Shown here: one piece after another, positions 37,551-47,798 of the stretch
Position numbering within the stretch: the first letter of the stretch is position 1
How the letters are laid out: the number at the start of each line of letters is the position of its first letter
Assembly (NCBI GenBank): GCA_050230475.1
Contig: JBFLGF010000213.1
Span: 1 to 47,798 of the forward strand
Direction: 5' to 3'
Length of the DNA stretch: 47,798 nt
DNA from: Ancylonema sp.
Lineage: Eukaryota
The notes under the pieces: generated by a model
Told to the model about the DNA's origin: nothing
The model's database searches: none
Seen by the model: only the letters and a program-made list of their open reading frames with translations
Made by a program: the position numbers and the translations under genes

Positions 37551-38060
37551 GGGGGGCCATCACTTACGCCGATTCTAAAAAAAAACTACGCGTTCGATTA
37601 CTACAGGCGATCTCATTTGTGTTAGGCCCTCTACTACAACCCTGCATTTCCTATTGCTCTTCCCTGTTCTCCCTCATCCTTTGAGGATGTGCGTTTCTGT
37701 GCTGCAAGAGGGCTGGTGAATAAAGTACTTAACAAACACTAATCCCCTTGCGGCACATAGGTACAAATTCTAAGTTGGAGTAAGTGGGGGGGCATCACTT
37801 ACTCCGTTTCAATTGGAATTCGGTGTTCAGTTTACACATGCAATTTCATGTGTGTCTGGTTCGATTACTGCATGTCACTTCACGTGTGTCTGGCCCTCTA
37901 CTACAAACCTGGATTCCTATTTCTTTTTACTATCCCTCATCCTTGTAGGACGTGCGTTCTGTGCAGCAAGAGCTGTGGTGAATCAGTGTACGCAGCGGGT
38001 ACAGCGAGAGCTGTGATTTTACCGCATACCGGCGCACCACAGCTTTTGCGGCACATAGGT
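37551..38060. repeat. Two tandem copies of a ~235-280 bp hairpin-containing module
   Basis: Shared blocks in the same order: GGGGGG(C)CATCACTTAC, GGCCCTCTACTACAA, CCCTCATCCTT..AGGA.GTGCGTT, TTGCGGCACATAGGT. Confidence 0.8.
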
Positions 38061-39260
38061 TAAAAGTTTTAAGTTGAGTGCGGCCGATTTCAGTTGGCAG
38101 ATGTCTTGTTCAGCCATCTGCCAGACAACGGGATTGGGTTTTTTTTCAAAGTGTGCGAATGTTGAAGCATGCGATAAGAAGCAGAAGGCAAGTCTGCCTA
38201 GTCTATGGTCCAGACTTATGCCACATGAATCTCGCTGCACACACTCGGATCGCAGTCGGTCAGTATCTTGGTCAGTGAACGATAATTCTGATACAGCTCA
38301 CAGCTGGCAACTGAAAAACAGGGCTGACCAGATGTCTGGCTAACGGGTTGCCTGGCTGACTGGCTGGCTGGCAAACTTGTTGACTGACAGCACGGAGCCG
38401 CTTCTGAAATATGTCCGTAATTGAGGTGCAGTCTAAGGTACAGTTTCCAGTCTTAAGTGCAGACAAAACAGAACATGCATGACAGCTCATGCATAACAGC
38501 AGACCGCGCAGCCACTCAACTACACAGCGAAATGAGCAACCTACAACCTACAGTCGACAATTCAAAACAATTTACAGTCTGCAGTCCACGAAGGCAAGAA
38601 ACGCAGAAGCAAAGTGAACGCCGTAAGCATTAGCTTCCAAAGAGGTATTCCAAATTCTGGCGGAGACGGCGGAAGTCTCGCAGAATGCAGCTCGTAGTTT
38701 CTTGTCGTGGCAAACGACCCAGCTGGAACTACGATAAAAGTACAGAGAGCCACCCCTATCGATACTAGAGTCTCGTACTCTAGAAAAGGAATGATATAAA
38801 TAAATGAGCAGAGCCCAGTCGCTTTCTGAATTACGGACGGCGAGCTGAAGGCTTGCCAGCTGGAACTACGATAAAAATGGCAGGAACTTCTAGCAACTAA
38901 AGCGCACACAACACGTGCAAGTCCTGAGAATGTGACTCGACTATCCTGGAAGCTGGCGGCTGCTAGAGGAAAATGAAGAGAGGACTGCCGCCTTTCGAAT
39001 TTTAAATTGCGAGAGAGAGCCACCTTCTAAGCCAGAGATGGCAAAATAGCCTTCGAAGTCAGAGATGCATCGTCAAGTTCCGTACTATTGACACGGGATG
39101 GCAAAATAGGTTCTAGTTTGCCTACCACCCGTACCCCCCCCGGCCAGTCGCTAACATATGTTGCGGGTTGCGCAGCCCGCATCGCGCAGCCCACCGGATT
39201 AAATCGAAGAGTGCCTGTGCCCTGTCTTAGCCGTTGCACGTGATATATGACGCGTGTCCT

Positions 39261-39476
39261 GTTCCACGTATCACATGATACGTGGCCATTGACACGTGTT
39301 TCTTTCTTCGTTCCACGTTTGATTAAATAATCTTCCATCCACGTGGCAAGTATCACGTGTAGCGTGACACGGGTCCTTTTACTCGTATCTCAATAAACAT
39401 GGTTATTACCGCGTATCGTTTTCTCCTTAATGGAATGCCACGTGTCATGCATGACGTGTCATATGATACGTGGAAC
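39261..39476. repeat. Imperfect ~38-bp inverted repeat in an ACGTG/CACGTG-dense segment (MITE-like remnant)
   Basis: GTTCCACGTATCACATGATACGTGGCCATTGACACGTG versus the reverse complement of 39439-39476, GTTCCACGTATCATATGACACGTCATGCATGACACGTG. No TSD found. Confidence 0.6.
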
Positions 39477-39818
39477 AAACAAATAAACCTAAGAACCCTG
39501 AAAAATACAAAAAATACCCCAAAAAAAACTGAACCCCCCTAAAAAAAAGGGGGGGGAAATACTCATTAATTTAAAACCACACAACAAAAAACAAAAAAAA
39601 ACAAAAAGACCCAAGTCAGACGGCGTTAGCCGTTGCTAGTTTTTTAAGAAAGAACGAAGTTATTCAGTCGTTATGTGTACGGCCAGCTCTGCAAAATTCC
39701 GTACGTTTTTTTCTATGTACGGACGTATTTTTTATCCAGGTCAGCGGTGTCCGTTGATCCGATTGGCCGGCTTCTCCGGGATTGTTCACTTCTAGGATTA
39801 TTTTTAAATTCTTGTGGT

Positions 39819-40158
39819 AGTAAGTGGGGGGCCACCACTTACTCCACTTGGAAAATGAAAAAATATATGTTTCACACATTTTCAACGATTTCATGAGTGT
39901 TAGGCCCCCTATTACAACCCGGCAATCCTATTGTATATTCTACCCTCCATCCTTGTAGGATGTTCGTGATGTGATGAATGCGCTTGGCGAGCCGCGTGCA
40001 CGTTCCCACCAAGTTACCCCGCACACAATTAGTTCTTTATATTATTTAAAAAAAAAAAAAAAAAAAACCCCATCCTTGTACGATGTGCATTGTTATTCAA
40101 GGGGTCTGGCACTCATCAAACGACTGCAAGCCAGAACACTTGCGGTACACCGATAGGT
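39819..40158. repeat. Third, more diverged copy of the hairpin module at 37551-38060
   Basis: AGTAAGTGGGGGGCCACCACTTACT, GTGTTAGGCCCCCTATTACAACCC, CATCCTTGTAGGATG, CTTGCGGTACACCGATAGGT. Confidence 0.75.
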
Positions 40159-40677
40159 TTTTATTTCATTTCTTTTTTTTTTGTATTTTTTTGGTTTTTG
40201 TAGTAAATATAAATAAAGGATAAATATCCTTAAATATTCTTTTTAGATGCATTGTTGTGTAGACATGTACATCCATAGGATGTTATCCTTTCGGATTTTG
40301 ATGTACCGAATAAAGTGTAAGCTAGACGCATTATACGTTAGTTTTTTACTTTTTTCGCCCCCTCCACGTATTATTATTGGGATTGTAATCCAACAATGTG
40401 TTTTTTTTTTTTTTTTTTTTTTTTAATTCCACCGGCAATCCAAAAACATAAACATGTTAGTGCGCATCCAGTCCATACGATTAATACTTGTAACTGCACA
40501 TTGCGATTAAAATTGTAGGCGATTTCGAGTTTTGAAGGGTTATTACGGATCCCGGGGAAAATCTGACGTGTGACTTAATAATGTGTCGCACTTAATATCT
40601 TTCTACAGTCCCGACAGTATAAATTAAGACAGGATTAAGTATCGCAGTATTAAAATATAGAGAACCGTTTGAGTGAC

Positions 40678-41275
40678 TGTGCGGTTGACGAAAATCGAGC
40701 GATATCCAAGCGATTCCATGCACCCTACAGCCCTCATCGCCATTGCATAAAAAATACTAGTTTCGAATACTAGCGCAGCACACCAAATTGACGAAAATTT
40801 TATCACGAATCTACTGTGACAAAAATAATTTTTTTTCGTGCAGCAAAAATAGAATAAGAGCTCTTAACGACGCCTGACTTCAGCGCAAAAACCACAGCGC
40901 AAAAGCCAGTCTCGGAGGCTGGCTTCTAAAATCTATTACAGGAGCAAATCGCAATAATTTCCAGCAGTTCAAATCACAGATGTAAGCTACTGTTACATTC
41001 AGTGAGGCAAGAAAAAAAAATGCGAAAGAAAGCTTTTCTAGATTTACCATCCGTGCTATTGTGCGATACGCGAAAATCGAGCAATTTTGAAGCGATTCCA
41101 TGCACCCTGGAGCTCCACTCGCCATTACAATAAAAATACTGGTTCCGGATACCAGCGCAGCACACCAGACTGACGAAAAAAATATTACGAGTTTAGTGTG
41201 ACAGAAATCATGAGAATTGTTGAAGTAAAAAAGAACAAAGAGCTCATAACGACGACTGAGATCAGCGTAAAATTC
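40678..41275. repeat. Diverged direct repeat: two ~210-bp copies, period about 382 bp
   Basis: CGAAAATCGAGC...AAGCGATTCCATGCACCCT...TCGCCATT...AGCGCAGCACACCA...AAGAGCTC.TAACGACG starts at 40689 and at 41071. Confidence 0.85.
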
Positions 41276-42024
41276 AGAGCCGTTCTTGCAGGCTGGCTGG
41301 CAGCAGAGCCTGCTGCCGATCAGTCTCGACGTTCCGTACCTTTCCGTCTGTTCAGTTACGTAGGGTTACGTGACTACCATGATTTCCAGCGTCGTTTCGT
41401 TTAGATCAATAATGACACCAAGGCGGTCACGGAATTACCGTACTGGGCACCGTAAATGATTTTTAAAAACCCGAAAGAAATCATTTAAATCAATTACTAA
41501 ATGGTAGAAAAAGGATACTCAAAATCATTAATAAAACCCGTTTTAGGAATCATTTACGGGATATTCGGGGTCACCTGGATGCGAATCCATATGTGATGAA
41601 ACAGGGTACTCAACAAAATAGACACGTGCACAAGGACACATTTTTGGACGAGCGAAATTTACGACGTCGGAAACTACGCACCGAGCCCTAAAGTCCCACG
41701 ATATGGGAAACATTACCGATTAGACGCGCTACACGACAAATTTAGACCAATAGCGCGAACCAGGCTTCGGCCAATGGTCCATGGCTCACAACCCCGGAAA
41801 AAAACCCGGTGGATCGCACCCTCTGGTATCGGAAGCTATAATCCGCACGTGTAACGAACGCGTGAAGCCTTAATATTTAAGCCTTAATATAGACAATAAA
41901 ACTAAAACCCGAAATAACTAAGAACTAAGAACTAAAAAAAAACAATTTTAAAAAAAAAGCCAAAAAAAAAAAAAAAAAAAGCCTCAATATAAAAAACAAA
42001 ACTCAAAACCGAAAGAACTAAGTA

Positions 42025-42533
42025 CAGTGCAGTCTTGACATAGTGACACACTGTACAGTGAAAATCGCGATATAGTGACATTTTTTTTGCCCTTTTTCTA
42101 ATCCTCTATAAAAACCTACTCTATATAGTGACACTCGCTATAGTGACACACGTTATAGTGACCAAAAACTCCCATATTTTTGTATTGCGATGTCACTATA
42201 CGGTGAAACGTGTCTAAATTTATTCTGCGAAAATTAATAACCTGTCTATTTTAATGCATAATAGTCCGCCAGAACTTTTTTTAGCCAAAAGGTGACGCGT
42301 AAATTAATCACCAGTCTTTTTTTTTTTTTTTTTATGGTTCCAACATTAGTCATGTAGACAGGTTTTACCATAGCGAGAGGATGTTATAACGAAAGCCGTT
42401 TAGATGAGCCACCTCCGTAAAAAATATCGACCTGAATTTCACCTTCTCTCGATATAGTGACAGCCCTAGCATTCGATATAGTGACATTAAATCCCCATGT
42501 CTATAAAATTGTCACTATATCGAGACTGCACTG
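42025..42533. mobile_element. Non-autonomous Tc1/mariner-type element (509 bp)
   Basis: 24-bp TIRs CAGTGCAGTCTTGACATAGTGACA and TGTCACTATATCGAGACTGCACTG (2 mismatches). TA TSD at 42023-42024 and 42534-42535. Multiple internal ATAGTGAC(A) motifs. Confidence 0.9.
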
Positions 42534-42558
42534 TAGTACGGTGGAACCGAATCTTGTT

Positions 42559-43360
42559 GGGAACGCGTATCCGCACCCACTTTTCCTTATCCGCACCCAG
42601 TCGGCCAGTCGCGTACCGGCTGGTGATTTGGCCGTTTGAAACTTGCCGTCAAAAATAATTGGATAACTCGGACTGCACACGTGTAACAATATTGCCACAT
42701 CAGCGAAACGAAGCATGAGGTCTGGTAGCCTCTCTTTCCACTTAATTCAGCCTCAACTGCACCCTGACTCTGCCAGCGAACCTTTCACTACGGGCTATTG
42801 TCATCCGCAGCCCTTCAATTTATCCGATCTGAGCGATTTTGCAACCAAATTGAATTCGGAGACACGCAGTGTAATCCTAGTTTCAACTTCTCTTGATATT
42901 GATTTACAAAAAATAATTTTGACGTCAGAATGTAGCACAGTATACAAAACAATAATATGGCACGAAAGCGCGCGCAAACAGTGCAACAGGAAGATTAAAA
43001 ACCATTTTTTGTTTTTGATGTAAAGAAAATACAGAATATTGTTAGAGCAACACTTTCATCGTAAAATTTTAAAGAAGGATTGAGTATGCACTCGATGCGG
43101 ATAAATCGTGGCAGGCAAGGAAGGTAGTAAAGAAACCGAATCGGTTAAGGCCGTGGGCCGGGTGACGCTGGTTCACGTACAGCGGCGATTATGCCACGAT
43201 AAACCGAGATACTACCAAGAAATAAGAAAAACGTCAGCATCGATTTTACGTGTGGTACCGGGTGACTCAACGGCAAGTTTCAAACGGCCAAATCACCAGC
43301 CGGTACGCGACTGGCCGACTGGGTGCGGATAAGGAAAAGTGGGTGCGGATACGCGTTCCC
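42559..43360. mobile_element. Non-autonomous Mutator-like element (802 bp), recent insertion
   Basis: Perfect 91-bp TIRs (42559-42649 and 43270-43360) starting GGGAACGCGTATCCGCACCC. Perfect 9-bp TSD AATCTTGTT at 42550-42558 and 43361-43369. Confidence 0.96.
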
Positions 43361-43789
43361 AATCTTGTTTAGGACCCGGCATTTTGGCCCACTGGAAAAT
43401 CAGCAACGGGGAATTAACGGAATATTAAACCTGGAAGGTACGGTATTTTATTAGGCAGCTTTGAAGTCCGTGCATCCGAAACCGTGAACCACCTCGGCGT
43501 GTGCCGAGACTGCCTGAGCGGTCTGTATGGTGGATGCTTTGGGTAGCGTGAGAGCTGGCTCCAGTGCGCCGGTCAAGTAGGGTACCACGCGTGACAGCCA
43601 GTGACCAGCACTCTGCTCATTGTCCAGATTGGGTCTAGCATTTGAAGCTACAACAGGTGGCGTATCTATTGCCAGCTTGATGTACGGGGGGGTGTCCCAT
43701 ATCGGCAGGGATAAATGACGACGTTGTAACAATTACACACGGCTACCCCCACGCGCTCTATTAAGATCTCTGATTGGGAGCGTCAAGGT

Positions 43790-45278
43790 ATGGCCGGCAC
43801 TTGCCAGATCCGGACACTGCAGTCCGTGATCAGTAAGCTACGGGTCGCCTCTTCCGTCGACCATTATCAACAGCAGCATCCTGCCCCTACTTTTGTTGAT
43901 TTGCTGCGAACACGATCAAGGAAACGGACGGGTGGTATCTCTTTGCGTGGCATTCCCCCGAGGTGCACGGCCACCGGAGATGCTGAGCCGCAGATTCACG
44001 CTGTCCTTGCCCCATCGAACGTCGCAGAGCGCAGTACGATTTCCAAATCCGACGCTGTATCTCTAGGAACAAGGTACGCAACTGCGTTCGCGGTCCCTCC
44101 TCAACCCTACATGCTGTATCCACCGTTCATCCGAAGAAAATGATTTGGACGGCGTTGTTTCAGGGAGGATTTTGGACTCGTCACCGCTGCAGCCTCGATT
44201 CCGCATCCAGAAAAGGTGAAGGAGAGTCCAGAGACGGTCACGGCTGCCGTTCAGCGACTATGCGCCAGGTCACTGTAGTGACAGTCGCGTTTGTGCAGCA
44301 TACAGGTAGCGAAAGGAGGCGAGGATGCTTACTTCTTCACCATCAGCCCTCCAAACGTGCTCTGCGTCGCGGATGGCGTGGGCGGGTAACCGCCAGCAGC
44401 AGGCGGTTAGCGTGGATCCCGTCTAATCCTGCACCTGTCTGGGGTCGCAGGTGGGCATCCGAGGGCATTGACCCGGCTCTCTACTCCCGCCAGCTGGTGG
44501 ACCGAATCCAGGACGCCTGCCTTGACCCTCTGTCTGCCTGCGACCCCCTCCACCTCATCCACACCGCCCATCAACGGATGGACGCTGAGGGAGCCGCCAC
44601 AGTGTACCTACCTACCGCCACTCCCCTCTGGCATGCTGCTGTTGTTGCTTCTCCTCCTCTTGCCACCAACTGCAGCTGGGGTTACATATCAATGGCAGGG
44701 TGGTGGCTGTGCTGGACCCGGACGGCACTCTCAAGATGGCCAATCTGGGAGACAGCGGGCTAAGGATCATCAGAGAAGGTAACGAACCCGTCCTCCCTCG
44801 CACCCCTCCACCGTGCAGTGTGCCTTACGGGTATGCGGGTGGGTGCCCAGGGTTGGTGGTCTTCGCCACGGAGGCCCTCCAGCATGAGTTCGACTGCCCC
44901 TTCCAGTTGGGCCACGTCAGCGACGACAGCGCTGCGGATGCCGTGGTCTCCTCCATCCGCGTGCAGGCGGGCGACACCCTCGTGTTGGGCAGCGACGGCC
45001 TGTTTGACAACCTGTTTGACCGCGACATTGGGGCGCTGGTGGGGGTGTTCGCGGGGCCCACACGGGGGGCGACCCAACATACGGCCACTGCCATCGCCAC
45101 CCTGGCCTCCAAACACGCCAACGATGCGGACTACGAGTCTCCGTACATCCGAGAGGCGGTGGAGCAGGGGCTGGACCTGCCGTGGTGGAAGAAGATCAGC
45201 GGGCAGAAGCTGAGGGGGGGGAAGCTGGATGACATCACCGTGGTAGTTGCACAGGTTGTGCGACCAAACTCTTGTTAA
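43790..45278 (+). CDS. PBCP: PTC7-type PP2C phosphatase, PBCP (photosystem II core phosphatase)-like, plastid transit peptide-like N-terminus, 6 exons, 358 aa
   Basis: Exons 43790-44073, 44164-44215, 44306-44385, 44451-44603, 44699-44778 and 44851-45278 join in frame (1077 nt). Motifs IPHPEK-VAKGGEDAYF, VADGVGGWASEGIDPALYSR, ANLGDSGL, QHEFDCPFQL, GSDGLFDN, LPWWKKISGQKLRGGKLDDITVVV. The last motif resembles the PBCP C-terminus as I recall it. Confidence 0.88.
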
Positions 45279-46110
45279 GGGCCGACTGGGTACAGGAGTT
45301 TGGTATGGCCAAGGCTTCTTAATATTGAAAGTGGCTCTTGCCCTGGGGTGTCAATTTGAGGCCTGAGAGGGCAACGCAACGTTGTGGCCACGGATTGGCA
45401 GCCATTGTGAATGGTGTGAATAAAGGTAGTTGTGGTACCCTACTAGTGGCCGTTGTGTACTTGAAGTGATACAATCTGCCATGAGAATTGTTCTACACAT
45501 TCAGTTGTTTAAATTTGGTGGTTATGGTAGGTAGCATTACAAAACTTTTGTTGTCGGGAAGGATGGCATTGCGCATAAAATAAGACCAAGTGTTGGATGC
45601 ATAGTGACGCACAAACCGGTAGGAGGAACCATTTATTCGTGAACACAAATTGTAGGACAGATTGTTGCTTATTGTGGAGAGATTTGGAGCTGCTGGGATA
45701 TATGGATTTTTGGGCATTGTTTATCGTCCCCATTCCTAGTGGTAGGTTAAGCATTGGGCCGAAACCAATTTGCGGGTTTGTCGGCACCCATATCGGTACT
45801 TGAGTACCTAGGTATCCTAGTGGATCCTGATCTCGTTTTGGATAAAAATAGTAATTCCAACCATGTCAATAAAGATCTTTGGATCATTAAAATATTTCTG
45901 AAATGCATGGATATTTCGGTGGATCATTTGGTTTCATATTTACGTTTGAAAATTGTTGGTTCGTCGTCCCTGCTAGTTAGAGGTAGTTGGGGGTTGCATT
46001 ATCAATTTCCCCCATCCGCACTCGTTGTAACATAATCAAGTCGTAGTTGACTCCGCCCCGCAAATTCCGCCCCACTTTCCGTCCCGGGCGGGCCCGCCCG
46101 GGGGCGGAGC

Positions 46111-47027
46111 CATAGTTGCACAAACTCCAAACCGTTTCCGAACCGGATCGTAGATGGAACCGGTTCCGACAAGAGTGGCGGCGGTTCGGAACCGGAGGAT
46201 TTAGGGTTTTTTTTCACTTAAACGTCATTTTGAGGGATTGTATGGTACAAAAAAGTTGTTCTTTTTGTGTAGCTCGTCATGCTCTATCCAACAAAAGTAT
46301 CAAAAAAATGATATCCATTGTAAAAAGGCTCAAAACGAATTTCGCATGATACACCCTCATGATTTTTGGTGCATTTGTATGTTGTGCTCGCTTCTTTGCA
46401 AACTGTGTTTCTATTTATGTACAAGTAGTTAAATAATTCGGTTATATCTTTTTATGATAATCCTATGCTCATCTCCGTTCCATATATATTTCCTCATTCC
46501 CATTTCCGTGTTATACTTCCATGTGAAAATGTTGCGAGAATATTACCCGTTATTTAATGGCATTTGACATATGCTTCATATCCTTCAACCTTCCATGTAT
46601 TTTCTCTTTCAAATCGTGCTCTCAATGCTCTAACACTACTTGTATAATTATACTCTTCTCCTCTACCTTCCAAATCCCTTGCTTCTTTCTCCAAAGCGGG
46701 ATGTGTTTACCATAGTGGAAGATCGGGTGCTATTTTCGGCCAATGAAATTGCTAAACGTCTTGCCATGGCGCGAAAACAACAAATGAAAGCTTGCGATGG
46801 CCGCGCCATATTTTCCCAAAGCTATGAACAATTTTAATGTCTGAAAGTGACGTGAAGTCACCAACATGAACACGAACAACGGTATATTTTCCTCGCGTAT
46901 ATTATTTGGGAGGGAAAAAATGTTCTTCCGTGGAAAGGACGAAAACCCTAAAAATCAACCGTTCGTCTGGTTCCCATCTCGGAACCGGTTCCCAAAAAAA
47001 AATGGAGAGACGGTTCGTGCAACTAAA
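46111..47027. mobile_element. Non-autonomous hAT element (917 bp)
   Basis: Ends CATAGTTGCACAAAC and GTTCGTGCAACTAAA (terminal 2 nt altered). 8-bp TSD GGCGGAGC at 46103-46110 and 47028-47035. GAACCGG subterminal motifs at both ends. Confidence 0.85.
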
Positions 47028-47231
47028 GGCGGAGCCACAGAGGTTTTCTAGGTTTTCCGTAAAAAGATCCTAACACTACGTAGATCATGTACATCTTTTA
47101 ATGATTCAAATCCGACAAGTATTCGAGTATTCGAGGTATAACATCAAGTACGCGTGCCATCTTTACCCGTGTTGTATTCTTTTGTATTTCCCAAGTTTTG
47201 TTTTTATCGCATTTACTACGCCACGCCACGA

Positions 47232-47255
47232 ATGGATGGATGGATGGATGGATGG
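47232..47255. repeat. (GGAT)n microsatellite
   Basis: Directly visible. Confidence 0.85.
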
Positions 47256-47342
47256 GTGACATTGGATGGTGTCGGACGTGTGGCGTATGTCGTACACTCT
47301 CCAAGAAGTTGGTTTTGAACAAATCCGACCAAGGCCAATGGC

Positions 47343-47551
47343 TAGGGTGGCGGTAACCCGCTTTTTTTTTGTAAGGTTTAAAAATAAACCCGCATACACC
47401 CTCAAGTAATCCGCAAATACCCTTACGTACCCCAAATTACCCCCACCGTACCCTCAAAAACCCTTAAATACCCGGAAATGTCCCTGAAAACCCTGAAATA
47501 CCCGGAATAACCCTAACATATCCTAACTTACCCCGAGGGTATTATACCCTA
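47343..47551. mobile_element. Small hAT-type MITE (209 bp)
   Basis: Ends TAGGGTGGCGGTAACCC and GGGTATTATACCCTA. Flanks CCAATGGC and CCAATAGC (7/8 TSD). Interior packed with TACCC/AACCC motifs. Confidence 0.7.
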
Positions 47552-47798
47552 CCAATAGCTAGAAAAAAGTCCCTTCAAAAAAAAAAAAAAAACTTTGCAT
47601 TGCTAAAATTTGAGTGTTAAGAGAGTCTCTAAACACGCAATTGTAAAGCCTAGACGTTGTATACACGAGTATTTGACGGCATCGTTTTAAATAACATGAT
47701 GTTGGATAACATTGACAATCTGTCAAGCACCGAGTTTAAAGTGTGAGCGGTCAAGTTGCGAATGTTGGAGTGCGGAGCTCGACGTGTGGTGTCGTGCA

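Noticed and set aside
41420..41580. Inverted CCGTAAATGATT/AATCATTTACGG pair as a MITE
   Set aside because: No convincing termini or TSD.

Overview
Eukaryotic nuclear DNA with GT-AG introns, most likely from a non-angiosperm streptophyte such as a charophyte-type alga or early land plant. This is inferred from a plastid class A penicillin-binding protein occurring together with an RGP, a plant-type F-box/kelch gene and a PBCP-like phosphatase. Seven protein genes can be built by hand: (1) a 5'-truncated coiled-coil protein; (2) an RGP/UDP-arabinopyranose mutase family gene whose DDD motif reads TDD; (3) a gene with an apparent cyanobacterial-type DUF2993/LmeA-like domain; (4) an intact-frame epoxide hydrolase-like alpha/beta hydrolase whose nucleophile Asp, catalytic His and one lid Tyr are all replaced; (5) an intronless F-box/kelch gene; (6) a transglycosylase/transpeptidase PBP of the plastid peptidoglycan pathway; (7) a PBCP-like PP2C. 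Intergenic DNA holds non-autonomous DNA transposons with readable TIRs and TSDs (hAT, Mutator, Tc1/mariner), a ~700 bp (AT)n tract, a decayed coding-like block, a three-copy hairpin module and a GC-rich structured island with a CCCTAACCC motif. No CRISPR array, rRNA or tRNA was seen. Family assignments come from motif recognition only; no database search was run.
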